Source: Anaerohalosphaeraceae bacterium (GTDB lineage Bacteria; Planctomycetota; Phycisphaerae; Sedimentisphaerales; Anaerohalosphaeraceae). Taken from it: a stretch of DNA of 64,000 bases. Made by a program: the position numbers and the translations under genes. Positions 27,845-38,119 of this stretch are shown here, piece by piece (position 1 is the stretch's first letter; each line of letters begins with the position of its first letter). The stretch is from NCBI GenBank assembly GCA_963675525.2, contig CAXXSL010000016.1, positions 416,001 through 480,000 on the forward strand, given 5' to 3'. The notes under the pieces were generated by a model. It was not told the DNA's origin. It saw only the letters and a list, made by a program, of their open reading frames with translations, and ran no database searches.

Positions 27845-28825
27845 CTAAAGTGGAAGCTTTAATATCTTATTAATCTTTCGCAGAACAGGCATACACCGAA
27901 GGGTGAGGCCCGGACATATCGTTAAAACATATATCGCCAGCTTATACCATTTTGGCAATAAAAAACCAAGCTCTTTTGTGAGCAGACGAATCTGAAACGC
28001 CCTGGCGTCTTCCCACGACCAATGGATCCACATTTTTGTGATGGAACGGGCAACCGGCCTGAACACCTCTTGTCTGCCCTGTTCCTCGGCCAGCACTAAA
28101 TGACGTTTGATCAGTTCGATGACAATTTCCGGATGGTTATGTGTTTTCACAATGCTGCCGGGAATCCCCCGGTGATAAATCGCCAGCGGTTCGGTTAAAT
28201 AACCAATTCGAGGATACCGGTAGGCAATCCGGAACCACATGTCCTCATCATTCATTCGTAACTGACCGGGGCGAAAGAGCCCGGCCTCTAAAAGCACTGA
28301 TTTTTGAATCAGCATGGTGCCTGTATAGCCGCAGGTCCCGTTTTTGTAAGCATCGAAATAATCCTCATAGTATTCCTGTCCGGCCAAAAGAGAGGCACTG
28401 CGGCCTTGATCAAAAACAGTTCTGGAATGTCCTGGATCACAGAAACAATAAAAATAATTTGACATGGTCCATACCAGGTCCGGATGCTTTTTCAGGTGTT
28501 CGCTTTGCAATTGAAGCTTATCCGGAACCCACTCATCATCGGCATCGAGAAAAACGATCCAATCGGATCGAGCGGCTTGAATCCCGGTATTGCGGGCAAC
28601 GCTGGCACCGGCGTTTTCCTGTTGAATCAAAATCACCTTCGCGCCAAATGACCGGACCACCTCGGCCGTATTGTCGGTGGAACCGTCATCGACCACAATG
28701 ATCTCATCGGGCAGACGGGTTTGATCAAGTACACTTTGAATGGCACGGGCAATGTACAGAGCATTGTTATAAGCAGGAATGACTGCACTGACGCGAAAAT
28801 CAGCTTGTACCGGTGTTTTGTCCAT
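27845..28825 (-). CDS. Glycosyltransferase family 2
   Basis: SAVIPAYN, VDDGSTD, FLDADDEW; TATAAT 6 nt before the ATG at 28825. Confidence 0.95.
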   Translation of the reverse strand: MDKTPVQADFRVSAVIPAYNNALYIARAIQSVLDQTRLPDEIIVVDDGSTDNTAEVVRSFGAKVILIQQENAGASVARNTGIQAARSDWIVFLDADDEWVPDKLQLQSEHLKKHPDLVWTMSNYFYCFCDPGHSRTVFDQGRSASLLAGQEYYEDYFDAYKNGTCGYTGTMLIQKSVLLEAGLFRPGQLRMNDEDMWFRIAYRYPRIGYLTEPLAIYHRGIPGSIVKTHNHPEIVIELIKRHLVLAEEQGRQEVFRPVARSITKMWIHWSWEDARAFQIRLLTKELGFLLPKWYKLAIYVLTICPGLTLRCMPVLRKINKILKLPL

Positions 28826-28860
28826 CCCATTATTATACGCATCGTTTGAGAAAAACAAAC

Positions 28861-28896
28861 AAAAAAAGCCCCGGATAACTTGATGTTACCCGGGGC
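28861..28896 (-). terminator. Rho-independent terminator
   Basis: Minus strand GCCCCGGGTAAC-ATCAA-GTTATCCGGGGC-TTTTTTT. Confidence 0.85.
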
Positions 28897-28929
28897 GGTT
28901 CTTTCGGTAAATGAAATGATCAATAATGA

Positions 28930-30213
28930 TCAGTCATGGTTTATTCGTTTACTGTTTTGCTTCGGATTGGATTTGGGTGCAGCGGTCACGCTTTTTCTGC
29001 CGGTTTCCTGAGTGATGCCGCTCTCTGGAACCTCGTCAACCGTTGAAGGGTCAAGAATTCCTAACGCCTCGCCCAGATCATTCAGGGCCTGATAAAGATT
29101 TTTCTTTGCGATAAACTGACGCTGGAGGGCATGATAAATTGCAATCCTCGCGCCGCGAAGCTGCTTGCCGGTCACACCCTGTGGCAGATCTTCGGGGGCG
29201 GCTTCACAGAGCGCCTTGACAGCGGCGATTTCCTTTTCAGCCGCTTCATCCAGGAGCAACAGGGCCTGCTGTTTGGCTTCGACGGCCTCATCGAGGTTAC
29301 GCATCGCAAACTCATAAGGGGTTTCAACCCAATAGGAGACATAGATTCCCTTATCCATTTGCTCCATCGTGGGGCTTCCTTTGAAAAAATACAACGCGCT
29401 GCCGTCGGGGCTGATACAGGCGCTATGAAGATTGGTCTCAGGCTGATTAATGGCATCTATCGGCAGGAAATCGCCGAACGGCTCATCAAGTGAAGCCCGG
29501 GCACCGCTCCATAGTTCTGCAAAACCGTCCGCATTTGTAATATGAAAATAAACGGTCAAGCCATCCGAAGACATATAAGGACCACGAGCATTTAATTCAT
29601 TTAACGCTACCATTTCATTAATGTCTGAAAAACTCTGACCCATTTCGGAACGCGTCGCCGTAACAATTCTCCACTCACCTGACAAATTGAAATCGGTCCA
29701 CATGATTAAATTTTCATCTGCATTTAGTGAGACATCGGTATCAATGTATGTTCCATGAATTTCATAAAAAGTTTGACTCACCACCCAGTGTTGACCAACT
29801 GAATCTCTGACAGCCATTTTAATTAAACGCTGCCACCTGCCCTGATAAAATTCTGCCACAGCATAGTACAGTCTCAAGCCGTCCTGAGATATCCATGGGC
29901 TGGCAACATAACTTCCATTTCCCAACTCGGTCAGAACACGCTGACTTGAAAACAGTTCATCCACACTGCTGCGTGTCGCTTCAATGATATAATATGGAGC
30001 AGGCCCTCCCGGAGCAAGTGACGGTTCGTTTCTGACAAAAAAGATCGAAAGGCCGTCGCTTGAAATGCACGGGTAAGAAGCAATGGTTTGCTCCTGGGGG
30101 TTATTTAATTCACTGAGATGGACCGGCTCGCTCCAGGCGGCAAGGGCGGAAGCGGCAGACAGCAATGAAAGCAGACAACACAAAAACACTTTTGACAACT
30201 TTAACGATCTCAT
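28930..30213 (-). CDS. Secreted PD40/TolB-like beta-propeller protein with helical C-terminal domain
   Basis: Signal peptide (ASALA); five PxISxDGLxLYF-like repeats; AAGGAG RBS. Confidence 0.8.
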   Translation of the reverse strand: MRSLKLSKVFLCCLLSLLSAASALAAWSEPVHLSELNNPQEQTIASYPCISSDGLSIFFVRNEPSLAPGGPAPYYIIEATRSSVDELFSSQRVLTELGNGSYVASPWISQDGLRLYYAVAEFYQGRWQRLIKMAVRDSVGQHWVVSQTFYEIHGTYIDTDVSLNADENLIMWTDFNLSGEWRIVTATRSEMGQSFSDINEMVALNELNARGPYMSSDGLTVYFHITNADGFAELWSGARASLDEPFGDFLPIDAINQPETNLHSACISPDGSALYFFKGSPTMEQMDKGIYVSYWVETPYEFAMRNLDEAVEAKQQALLLLDEAAEKEIAAVKALCEAAPEDLPQGVTGKQLRGARIAIYHALQRQFIAKKNLYQALNDLGEALGILDPSTVDEVPESGITQETGRKSVTAAPKSNPKQNSKRINHD

Positions 30214-30267
30214 TGGAAACACTCCTTTCTAAAACATATTTCGATGAGAAACCTCCACATGCTGGTT

Positions 30268-30296
30268 ATGATACGCTACCGGAGGAGAAATGTCAA
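30268..30296 (-). promoter_or_regulatory. sigma70-type promoter
   Basis: Minus strand TTGACA-N17-TATCAT. Confidence 0.65.
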
Positions 30297-30459
30297 GTAT
30301 TTTCGGGGAAAATTTCAGTGATGATTTTTTGTCATCAATACCACAGTTTTTGATATAAATACGGGCATGTTATCCGTCATATTGCCGGACTTCGCGCGTC
30401 CTGTTTTCGGCAAACACAACAATTCGAGACGCCGTTTTTCGAGATGTCATATATTCTTT

Positions 30460-31665
30460 TTAGGGCGGGTTCACAGAACCTCCATCAACAAGCTCATCAA
30501 TTATATTCTTCAAAGAAACTCCAAGGACGTCCCACGAATAGTGTTCACTAAAAAGCGTCCAAGCCTCTTGTGCCAATGCCCGTCCTTTTTCGTGATCGTT
30601 TAATAATTGAATACAATGTTCTGCAAATTCTTCCGGATTATCTGTCGACAGGATCTGTTTTCCGCTCTCAGCTTTGATCCCATGAGCGCCAAGGGAGGTG
30701 GAAACGACCGGGGTCATTTTACTGAAAGCATCCAGAATTTTTATTCGTGTCCCGCCGCCATAGGTAATGGGAACAACTAAAGCGGACCATGTTCCCATTT
30801 CCTCCGTTGTATCTTCCAGAAATCCCAGGTACTCAAATCCTTCGGCTTGAACATAATTTTCGGGTTCGGGAAGTTTGCCAATAATTCGCAGCGCAACGTT
30901 CGTATTTTGCTGCCGTATCAACGGCCACACATTGTCCCGAAACCAGATCAAGCCATCCCGGTTGGGAGGATACGTAAGAAGACCAATAAAACCGATCCGA
31001 TTGGGACACGGTGAGACCCATTGCGGTTCTTTTGCAGGATAAGCATAACCGTTTGGAATAATTCTTATTTTTTCAGGCCGGCCGAGATACTTTTTGTCAT
31101 CTTCACTGCAAACGATAATTCGATCATATTTCTTTAAGGCTTCTTTTTGATGTTTTTTCCATTTATATGCCTGCACTTTGGCGGACCATCTAAAACGAAT
31201 GCTCGAGGCCAGATCTGCATATTGCTCATAATAGCAATCCCTTAAGTCATCTAAATCCATAACCGCTTTAGGGATCTTTTCGATCTTAAACGGATGAGCA
31301 GCCCCCAATGTATGAAACCAGACAATATCATGTTGATCGGCCAATTTCTGAAATAGTTTTTGTTCCTCTCTGTCCGCCTGAGTACCTCTTGTCAAAGGAT
31401 TATGCATGTACCATTTCTTGAGAAAACGTCCCCATTGTGTCGTGCAAGAAGAATAGTTTCGAATATCCACTTTATAAAAGGGCTGAAACTCACGTTGGCA
31501 CAACTGAACCGCTTCCGGCACAAAATTAGATGAAACAGCAAGCATTGTCAGATCAGCATGTTTCCTGAGCTGACGGAAAATATTAGTTGTCCGAATCATA
31601 CACCCGCCATGTGGAGGAGCATGTAACGCTGTCGTGACATATAATATCTTGGGCTTTTTTGTCAT
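30460..31665 (-). CDS. Glycosyltransferase family 4
   Basis: PPHGG, IIPNG, FIGLLTYPPNRDGL, VPITYGGGTRIKILDAF, PVVST. Confidence 0.92.
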   Translation of the reverse strand: MTKKPKILYVTTALHAPPHGGCMIRTTNIFRQLRKHADLTMLAVSSNFVPEAVQLCQREFQPFYKVDIRNYSSCTTQWGRFLKKWYMHNPLTRGTQADREEQKLFQKLADQHDIVWFHTLGAAHPFKIEKIPKAVMDLDDLRDCYYEQYADLASSIRFRWSAKVQAYKWKKHQKEALKKYDRIIVCSEDDKKYLGRPEKIRIIPNGYAYPAKEPQWVSPCPNRIGFIGLLTYPPNRDGLIWFRDNVWPLIRQQNTNVALRIIGKLPEPENYVQAEGFEYLGFLEDTTEEMGTWSALVVPITYGGGTRIKILDAFSKMTPVVSTSLGAHGIKAESGKQILSTDNPEEFAEHCIQLLNDHEKGRALAQEAWTLFSEHYSWDVLGVSLKNIIDELVDGGSVNPP

Positions 31666-32618
31666 TTTACGGAACCTGATGTCGCCTTTCCTTTAACATA
31701 TAATATGGCATCGGCTAACCAAGGCGTAATCGGGGGGGAAAATAATCGAAATCGCATTTCATTCCGAAATCTTTTTGATAAATATGTTTTGAAGTTTATC
31801 AGCACCTGGGCGGCATCTTTGTAACGGCGCTGTTTTTCGAGCTGCCGAATCCAGACCTGCAACATCAATGTTAAGCATGGGCAAAACACTTCATAGCGAC
31901 CGTATTGCTTTGACAGGTTTTCATGGCGATGGACCAGGTCCATCATAAACTCAATACTATCATTGGTTTTAGTCGAACTGCCCGTCGTATCCAGATGATA
32001 AATTGCCAACGGCTTTGGTATATAACCGATCCGGGGATATTGATAAGCAATACGATACCACAGGTCGTTGTCCTGAGCCCGTTTCATGCCGGGTTCAAAC
32101 ATCCCGACCGTTTCAAAGACCTCTTGCTTGATAACCAAGACGGATGTCCATGCGTATCCATGATTCCTGTAAGCAAGGAAATAATCCTCGAACAACTCAT
32201 CCCTTAACACGGCTGTCAAATTCGGGGAATCATGTGCCTGTCGTAATTTTTCATCCCCGTATTCTTTACGGTAAAAATCGGAGTAGGCCCATTTCAGATC
32301 CGGGTGCCGCATTAAATGCTCGGACTGGAGTTTGAGTTTTTCGGGCAGCCATTCGTCATCGGCATCCAAAAAAGCGATCCATTCACCCATGGCCGCTTCG
32401 ATGCCCCTGTTTCGGGCGACGCTGACGCCGGCGTTTTCCTGCCGGATCAAGGTCACCTTATCGGCATACGAGCTTACGATTTCGGCGCTCTTGTCCGTTG
32501 AACCATCATCGACCACAATGATCTCATCGGCCGGACGCGTTTGCGCCAGAACGCTTTCAATCGCCCGGGCAATCGTTTCTTCGGAATTATAGGCCGGTAT
32601 CACCGCACTGATCTTCAT
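31662..32618 (-). CDS. Glycosyltransferase family 2
   Basis: SAVIPAYN, VDDGSTD, FLDADDEW, QDNDLWYR. Confidence 0.95.
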   Translation of the reverse strand: MKISAVIPAYNSEETIARAIESVLAQTRPADEIIVVDDGSTDKSAEIVSSYADKVTLIRQENAGVSVARNRGIEAAMGEWIAFLDADDEWLPEKLKLQSEHLMRHPDLKWAYSDFYRKEYGDEKLRQAHDSPNLTAVLRDELFEDYFLAYRNHGYAWTSVLVIKQEVFETVGMFEPGMKRAQDNDLWYRIAYQYPRIGYIPKPLAIYHLDTTGSSTKTNDSIEFMMDLVHRHENLSKQYGRYEVFCPCLTLMLQVWIRQLEKQRRYKDAAQVLINFKTYLSKRFRNEMRFRLFSPPITPWLADAILYVKGKATSGSVK

Positions 32619-32629
32619 TCGCTGATTCT

Positions 32630-34816
32630 TTACAATCCTATAAGACGCAACACATCATTAAATGAAACCCACAGTATCAGTCCCAGCAAAAGCGCCAGGC
32701 CGATATACATGATCGGCGCCAGAATTTTCTCATGAATGGGCTTTCCGGTAATTTTCTCAATTATCAAAAAGATAATATGTCCGCCGTCCAAAACCGGCAG
32801 CGGCAGCAGATTCATTACGGCCAGACAGGAACTGATCAGACCGAGAAAATACAGGTAACGATCCAGAGAAAGCCCTGTCGCCTGATAGCTAACAGAAAGA
32901 ATCCCCACCGGCCCCATCAATGCAGAGGAAGGCAGATCGCCCTTGATCAAACTCGCCAGTGTCAAATAATTTTGAATTACAAATTGAGAAACCTTTTTAA
33001 AGCCCATTCGGACCGCTTGAACAGGACTGGAGGCTTTATATTCCCGGGTGTATTCAGCAAAGGGCAAACCGACAGCTAATACCGCCTGAGCATGAACCGG
33101 TTCATGTTCGGGAACGGTGAATGATACCGCGGCGCTTTTACCGTCGAACTGATAATCAATTCTTACCTGCTTTCCGGCATTTTCCTGCAGACCTGTTGCG
33201 ATATCAAAAAAGTTCGCAACGGGCTGACCGGCCACAGCAACAATCCTTGCGCCGGAAGGGATTCCCTGAATATCACCTGTGATTCCGGGAACCGGCAAAA
33301 CCTGCCCAACCACCGGGTGTTCGATATCCAAAGATAGGCCGAGACCGATCGTAACACGATCACTTCCGGGCTTTGCTTTCGGACGCACAACAACTTCAAC
33401 TTTTTGTTCTTGCCCTTGTTTGTCTTTTCGAAGCACCGTTATCGAAAGATCTTTATTTTCATGGGCGGTGGTTATTTCACGGAGCTGCCGGTAATTGGGA
33501 GAATCAATGTCACCAACTTTCAGCAATATATCCTCCGGCGAAAACAGATCCTTGATGGACGACAAAGATTCTTTTCGCAGGATGGTTTTCCTGAACCAAT
33601 TTATCATGTTTTCAATCTTTGTCGGTTCGGCAACAGCTGCTACCTTCAGCCGCGGCACGATCGACCCAAAATGAGTTAAGTCGTATTCATTACGAAAATT
33701 CTCAACTACATAATCGATCTGCATCGGCAATTTCACCGTTTCCATTGTCCGCTGGTCACTTTCAGGATCCAGTGGCCATTGCCGTGAAACCTGCAAGGTA
33801 ACCTCGGGCCGAAAAATTTCCGAAAGCATCTGCTCGTAGTGCCACGGTGACTGAACAGGTTGACCATTAACCGCTCTGATTTCATCACCGGGCCTTAAAC
33901 CCGTTTTCTTAAATAAATCCACCACGTCATTGGGGTCATCTGCAATCCTGGGATTCAATGTAACCGTTCCGGCCTGAGCAATACCCGAATAACGAAGTTT
34001 TGTTGTGTCTCCGGCAATCACCTCTGCAATCACTTCGATATTATCCTCGGTCCCGTTCGGGTGACGAACAACGTAGGAAATCGGCTCGCCGGGAGACGAC
34101 AATGCCGGTGACAATTGAACGGCAGCAAAATCCACAAAACGATCGCCGCTGACTTCGACAACTTCATCACCGGCACGAAGGCCCGCATCATACGCCGGTG
34201 AATTATTGACGACATGTCCTACCACCGCCGGCGGCAGATTAATCCCGTTCATGAACAATATCATAAACAGAACCACTGCGCCAATGGCATTGAAGATCAC
34301 GCCGGCAGAGACCACACAGATGCGAATCCAGATCGGGCGATTGGCATAGGAACGCGGATCATTATCCGCATCGGCCGCACCGGTATCGGACTGGCCCAGC
34401 ATTTTGACAAATCCGCCAATGGGGAACATGCCAATCTGGTACTCTGTCTCGTTGTCTCCTTCTTCGACCGGATCCGCCGCATCCGGTTTAGGCAGTAAGC
34501 GGATGCGCCAGCCTTTTTTAAGTTTGCGAATACCCACCAGTACCGGGGGCATACCGATTGAAAAGGCTTCAACTTTAATGCCGCCAAGTTTGGCAACGAT
34601 AAAATGTCCCAGCTCGTGGATCATCACGATCCCGCCAAAGCCCAGCAGCACTAAGCCAATACGCTGTGCTGTTTTAGGGTTCTGGAACCCCCAGAAAATC
34701 ATAAACGCCAAAATCAGCAGCGCAACAAACAAATGTCTTGATTGATTCTCCTGGGGGACTTGCTGTTCTGTTTGTTCTGTCAAATCCTGTTGAGACTTTG
34801 TTTCATTCTCTTTCAT
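32630..34816 (-). CDS. rseP: RIP metalloprotease RseP (M50) with multiple PDZ domains
   Basis: IHELGHF, FSIGM, PIGGFVKM, AGVIFN, GPVGI, NLLPLPVLDGGH; follows dxr; start reassigned to MKENE. Confidence 0.92.
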   Translation of the reverse strand: MKENETKSQQDLTEQTEQQVPQENQSRHLFVALLILAFMIFWGFQNPKTAQRIGLVLLGFGGIVMIHELGHFIVAKLGGIKVEAFSIGMPPVLVGIRKLKKGWRIRLLPKPDAADPVEEGDNETEYQIGMFPIGGFVKMLGQSDTGAADADNDPRSYANRPIWIRICVVSAGVIFNAIGAVVLFMILFMNGINLPPAVVGHVVNNSPAYDAGLRAGDEVVEVSGDRFVDFAAVQLSPALSSPGEPISYVVRHPNGTEDNIEVIAEVIAGDTTKLRYSGIAQAGTVTLNPRIADDPNDVVDLFKKTGLRPGDEIRAVNGQPVQSPWHYEQMLSEIFRPEVTLQVSRQWPLDPESDQRTMETVKLPMQIDYVVENFRNEYDLTHFGSIVPRLKVAAVAEPTKIENMINWFRKTILRKESLSSIKDLFSPEDILLKVGDIDSPNYRQLREITTAHENKDLSITVLRKDKQGQEQKVEVVVRPKAKPGSDRVTIGLGLSLDIEHPVVGQVLPVPGITGDIQGIPSGARIVAVAGQPVANFFDIATGLQENAGKQVRIDYQFDGKSAAVSFTVPEHEPVHAQAVLAVGLPFAEYTREYKASSPVQAVRMGFKKVSQFVIQNYLTLASLIKGDLPSSALMGPVGILSVSYQATGLSLDRYLYFLGLISSCLAVMNLLPLPVLDGGHIIFLIIEKITGKPIHEKILAPIMYIGLALLLGLILWVSFNDVLRLIGL

Positions 34817-34845
34817 GAAAACCTCTTTATTATCATTGCATTGAT

Positions 34846-36015
34846 TTAATTGACGGTTGTATTTTGTGAAAGCCGGTCGGCAACCTCTTGCCTGGCCCAT
34901 GCATCCACTTCCAAAAGAGCCTCCAGCGTCAAATGCGACTGGGCGGAATGGGCTTGCAAACAATCATCGATCAGTTCGACAATCTGACCAAAACGGATTT
35001 GACCATCCAGAAAGGCTTTCACGGCCGCTTCGTTGGCGGCGTTAAATACCACCGGCGCCGAGCCGGAGGTTTTTGCCACTTCAAATCCCAGTGCCAGCGC
35101 CCTGAAGCGATTCAGGTCCGGCGGTTCAAAATTAAGCTGGCCCAGTTTGTGCAGCTCAAGTCCGTCGGCGATACCTTTGATGCGTTTGGGATAGGTCAGA
35201 GCATATTGAATCGGCACTTTCATATCCGGTGTGCCAAGCTGGGCGATGACGGAACCATCCACAAATTCAACCATCGAATGGACTACAGATTCGGGATGGA
35301 TGAGGACATCGATTTTCTCGACCGCTATATCAAACAGCCAAACTGCCTCTATTACCTCAAGGGCTTTGTTCATCATGGTTGCTGAGTCAATGGTGATCTT
35401 GGGGCCCATGTCCCACGTCGGATGAGCCAGGGCCTGTTCAATGGTGGCCTGGTTCATTTGTTCAAGGGTCGCTTTTCGGAACGGTCCGCCGGAAGCGGTC
35501 AGGATAATTTTACGGACTTCGTCGGGGCTTCCGGCCTGCATCGCCTGAAAAACTGCCGAATGTTCACTGTCAATCGGTAGTAAAACCGCCCCGTTTTCAC
35601 GCGCTGCCGCGGTCAACAGTTCCCCGGCAATGACCAAGGGCTCTTTGTTGGCAATGGCTACGATTTTTCCGGCCTTTGCTGCGGCCAGCGCTGCCGGCAG
35701 ACCCGCCGCCCCCACGACCGCACAGACCACAATATCGACCTGCTCCAAAGACGCCAATTCCGGTAAACTTTTCGGGCCGGACAAAATCTGTCCTCCAAAA
35801 CCCGGCAAACTTTTGTTTAATTCGGCATAGTTGTTGTCATCGGTAATCGCCACATACTGGGGATTGAACCGACCAGCCTGCCGGGCCAGAAGTTGAGTAC
35901 GACTGTGGCCGCTGAGTGCAACGACTTCGTACCCCGGGCCCAGCGCCTCAATTACCTCAAGCGCATTGCATCCGATCGAGCCGGTTGACCCTAAAATGGC
36001 AACTTTCTTAGTCAT
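34846..36015 (-). CDS. dxr: 1-deoxy-D-xylulose 5-phosphate reductoisomerase
   Basis: ILGSTGSIG, ANKE, PIDSEHSA, LTASGGPFR, HPTWDMGPKITIDSATMMNK, NAANE. Confidence 0.98.
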   Translation of the reverse strand: MTKKVAILGSTGSIGCNALEVIEALGPGYEVVALSGHSRTQLLARQAGRFNPQYVAITDDNNYAELNKSLPGFGGQILSGPKSLPELASLEQVDIVVCAVVGAAGLPAALAAAKAGKIVAIANKEPLVIAGELLTAAARENGAVLLPIDSEHSAVFQAMQAGSPDEVRKIILTASGGPFRKATLEQMNQATIEQALAHPTWDMGPKITIDSATMMNKALEVIEAVWLFDIAVEKIDVLIHPESVVHSMVEFVDGSVIAQLGTPDMKVPIQYALTYPKRIKGIADGLELHKLGQLNFEPPDLNRFRALALGFEVAKTSGSAPVVFNAANEAAVKAFLDGQIRFGQIVELIDDCLQAHSAQSHLTLEALLEVDAWARQEVADRLSQNTTVN

Positions 36016-36153
36016 CGACTGCGTAGTATCCCAGAAAACAGCCCCTTCGTCAAGAAAAGCTCCGGCAAACCGGCCGTCCGCAGAGCTATTATTTACACAA
36101 TCCCTGTTTGCAGACAGTTTCCGACTGCCCCGCTCATTAACGATTTATTCTCT

Positions 36154-36660
36154 TTAATAGTAATAAGTCAGCGTCATTTCCAGTTTCCAGTTGTTTTTGC
36201 CGGTTTTGGCCTTATCGAGGCCGAGCATTTCGCACTTGAGATCGGGCCATTGTCCCAACATGGCCGATAATAGTCGGGCCGCCTTTTCAACATCGATCTC
36301 CTTGATCGACATCGTGGCGGTGCGTGCCCTTTTTCCGGCTCTGGGTACTTCAGGGCGAACATTCAGCGTAAAATTGGACGAGGGTATTTGAAACAACTGT
36401 GTCAGGGTATTGATCGTTTCGCCGAAATCAAATTGCCCGTCCGAACCCGGTTTGATTTCATACTGCAGTCGCTGCGGTTCGATCGCAACCAATTTTTCAA
36501 TCCATTCCTGTGTTTCTTCATATTCCGGCTTGATGTCATTCTGCCAGGCTGAAACAGAACGGGGGTAAAACACCAAGCCCGCCATTAATGCCCAGATCCC
36601 GACCAGTACCGGAATCAGGATATAATATATATTCGGGTTTTTTAGCGTTTCTTTCATCAT
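36154..36660 (-). CDS. Probable T2SS GspM/PilO-like bitopic protein
   Basis: Single N-terminal TM helix; last gene of the gsp operon (positional inference). Confidence 0.6.
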   Translation of the reverse strand: MMKETLKNPNIYYILIPVLVGIWALMAGLVFYPRSVSAWQNDIKPEYEETQEWIEKLVAIEPQRLQYEIKPGSDGQFDFGETINTLTQLFQIPSSNFTLNVRPEVPRAGKRARTATMSIKEIDVEKAARLLSAMLGQWPDLKCEMLGLDKAKTGKNNWKLEMTLTYYY

Positions 36661-36668
36661 CGTTCCTT

Positions 36669-38090
36669 TTATTTTTTGGGTTCAATCGTAATCTCAAATG
36701 TATCGCGCCCGGACGAGGTGCTGATTCGTTGAGAAGCCAGCGTGATCCGGGGATGCTTTTTGATCTCATTAAGCAGCGCCATTGTACCATTCCGGCTGTT
36801 GGTATCGCCCTTGACTTTCATGGACCGCTCGGCAATTGTTACCTGCTGGATGATGATGTCCACATTTTTAGGACATTTGTTAACCGCTTCCAGAAAGAAA
36901 GTCATTTTGGCCGGGACGGATTTATCATCGCCGGGGCCGAGGCCTTCTTTCGCATTCTTTGCATTTTTATACGCTCTCTCAAGACTCGAACTGACCTGCA
37001 TCCCGCGTATAGGACTCCGGCCGTACATCACCGCCTTATGCTGATCGAGCGTTTTGATTTGGAGTTGACGGCTGTCTTTTTTCATTTGGATTGTTTTCAA
37101 CTGGAAAAAAATCGCCGCAGCCAGCAACAAAACCGTCGCGGCAATACTGATCAAACGCAGACTGGATTCCATGACTTTTCGTTTGCCCTGATACGGCATA
37201 AAGTCCTTGCGAAAATCGGCCTTGGGACCGCGAATTCGACCCGCCATTGCCGCCCCATAGGCAATGAGCAGTTCAACAACGGTCATTTCGCTGTCAGATG
37301 CCAGATTTTGCGACAGTGCCTTTCCCGGATTTTCAACCAGTACATCCAACCCTACCCGTTCACTGAGGCTCGGTGCATCAATCGCATCCGTTCCGCCAAT
37401 CAGTACGATTGAATCCAGAGGTGTCTGGCTGGAGGCAACCGCCAGCAGAACTTCACGTATTAAAATATCTGTCACCTCTCTGCCGGGCTTTACCAGAAAT
37501 GTGCGAATAATCGGTGCATATCCGGGATTGGGATGGATCATATAACAGTTATTCCCGGACAATGCGATAAATATCGATGCCGCACGATCGGACAATTTGG
37601 AAATCGGCTCCATGGCCCTGACCAAGCAGACAGCATCCGGTTCCATAAGCGTCGGGTCCAGTCCGCCCTCCTGAACATCCAGCAGAATATCCGTCAGCAA
37701 CTGCCGCTCTGCTGTATAAGCGGTCACCTGCGAGCCGGTCTGATCGGTACCGGTCAATTCAAACGCCACCGCCAGATTCACCGCGTCGGCCGCAGCGGCT
37801 TCTTCGACATCAAACTTAATGGTGCTTTCGATCTGGCGATAGTCGGTAAATTCTGAATGCAGGCTGTACTGTGTGTATCCCCCGCAGCCAATGGCGACAA
37901 AGACTTCATCAAACGCAAAGCTCTGCCGGATAATGGAGCGGGCGACCTGAACCGGAAACGCAGCCGGTTCGTTCTCATCCGGTATGATACAAAGTTTATG
38001 CAGCACCGAAAACTCCGAACCGGTTGAGGTCCAGACGGCCACCGCTTTATCCCTGGAGAGAAATATGCCTATGCTGCCTTTTTCGTCCAC
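36669..38090 (-). CDS. T2SS GspL / PilM-PilN-like protein
   Basis: Actin-like cytoplasmic domain (IESTIKFDVEE, LIGG), TM helix, periplasmic VKGDT segment; operon position. Confidence 0.7.
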   Translation of the reverse strand: MDEKGSIGIFLSRDKAVAVWTSTGSEFSVLHKLCIIPDENEPAAFPVQVARSIIRQSFAFDEVFVAIGCGGYTQYSLHSEFTDYRQIESTIKFDVEEAAAADAVNLAVAFELTGTDQTGSQVTAYTAERQLLTDILLDVQEGGLDPTLMEPDAVCLVRAMEPISKLSDRAASIFIALSGNNCYMIHPNPGYAPIIRTFLVKPGREVTDILIREVLLAVASSQTPLDSIVLIGGTDAIDAPSLSERVGLDVLVENPGKALSQNLASDSEMTVVELLIAYGAAMAGRIRGPKADFRKDFMPYQGKRKVMESSLRLISIAATVLLLAAAIFFQLKTIQMKKDSRQLQIKTLDQHKAVMYGRSPIRGMQVSSSLERAYKNAKNAKEGLGPGDDKSVPAKMTFFLEAVNKCPKNVDIIIQQVTIAERSMKVKGDTNSRNGTMALLNEIKKHPRITLASQRISTSSGRDTFEITIEPKK

Positions 38091-38119
38091 GTTATTACTC
38101 CTGATTGATCATTCGATTT

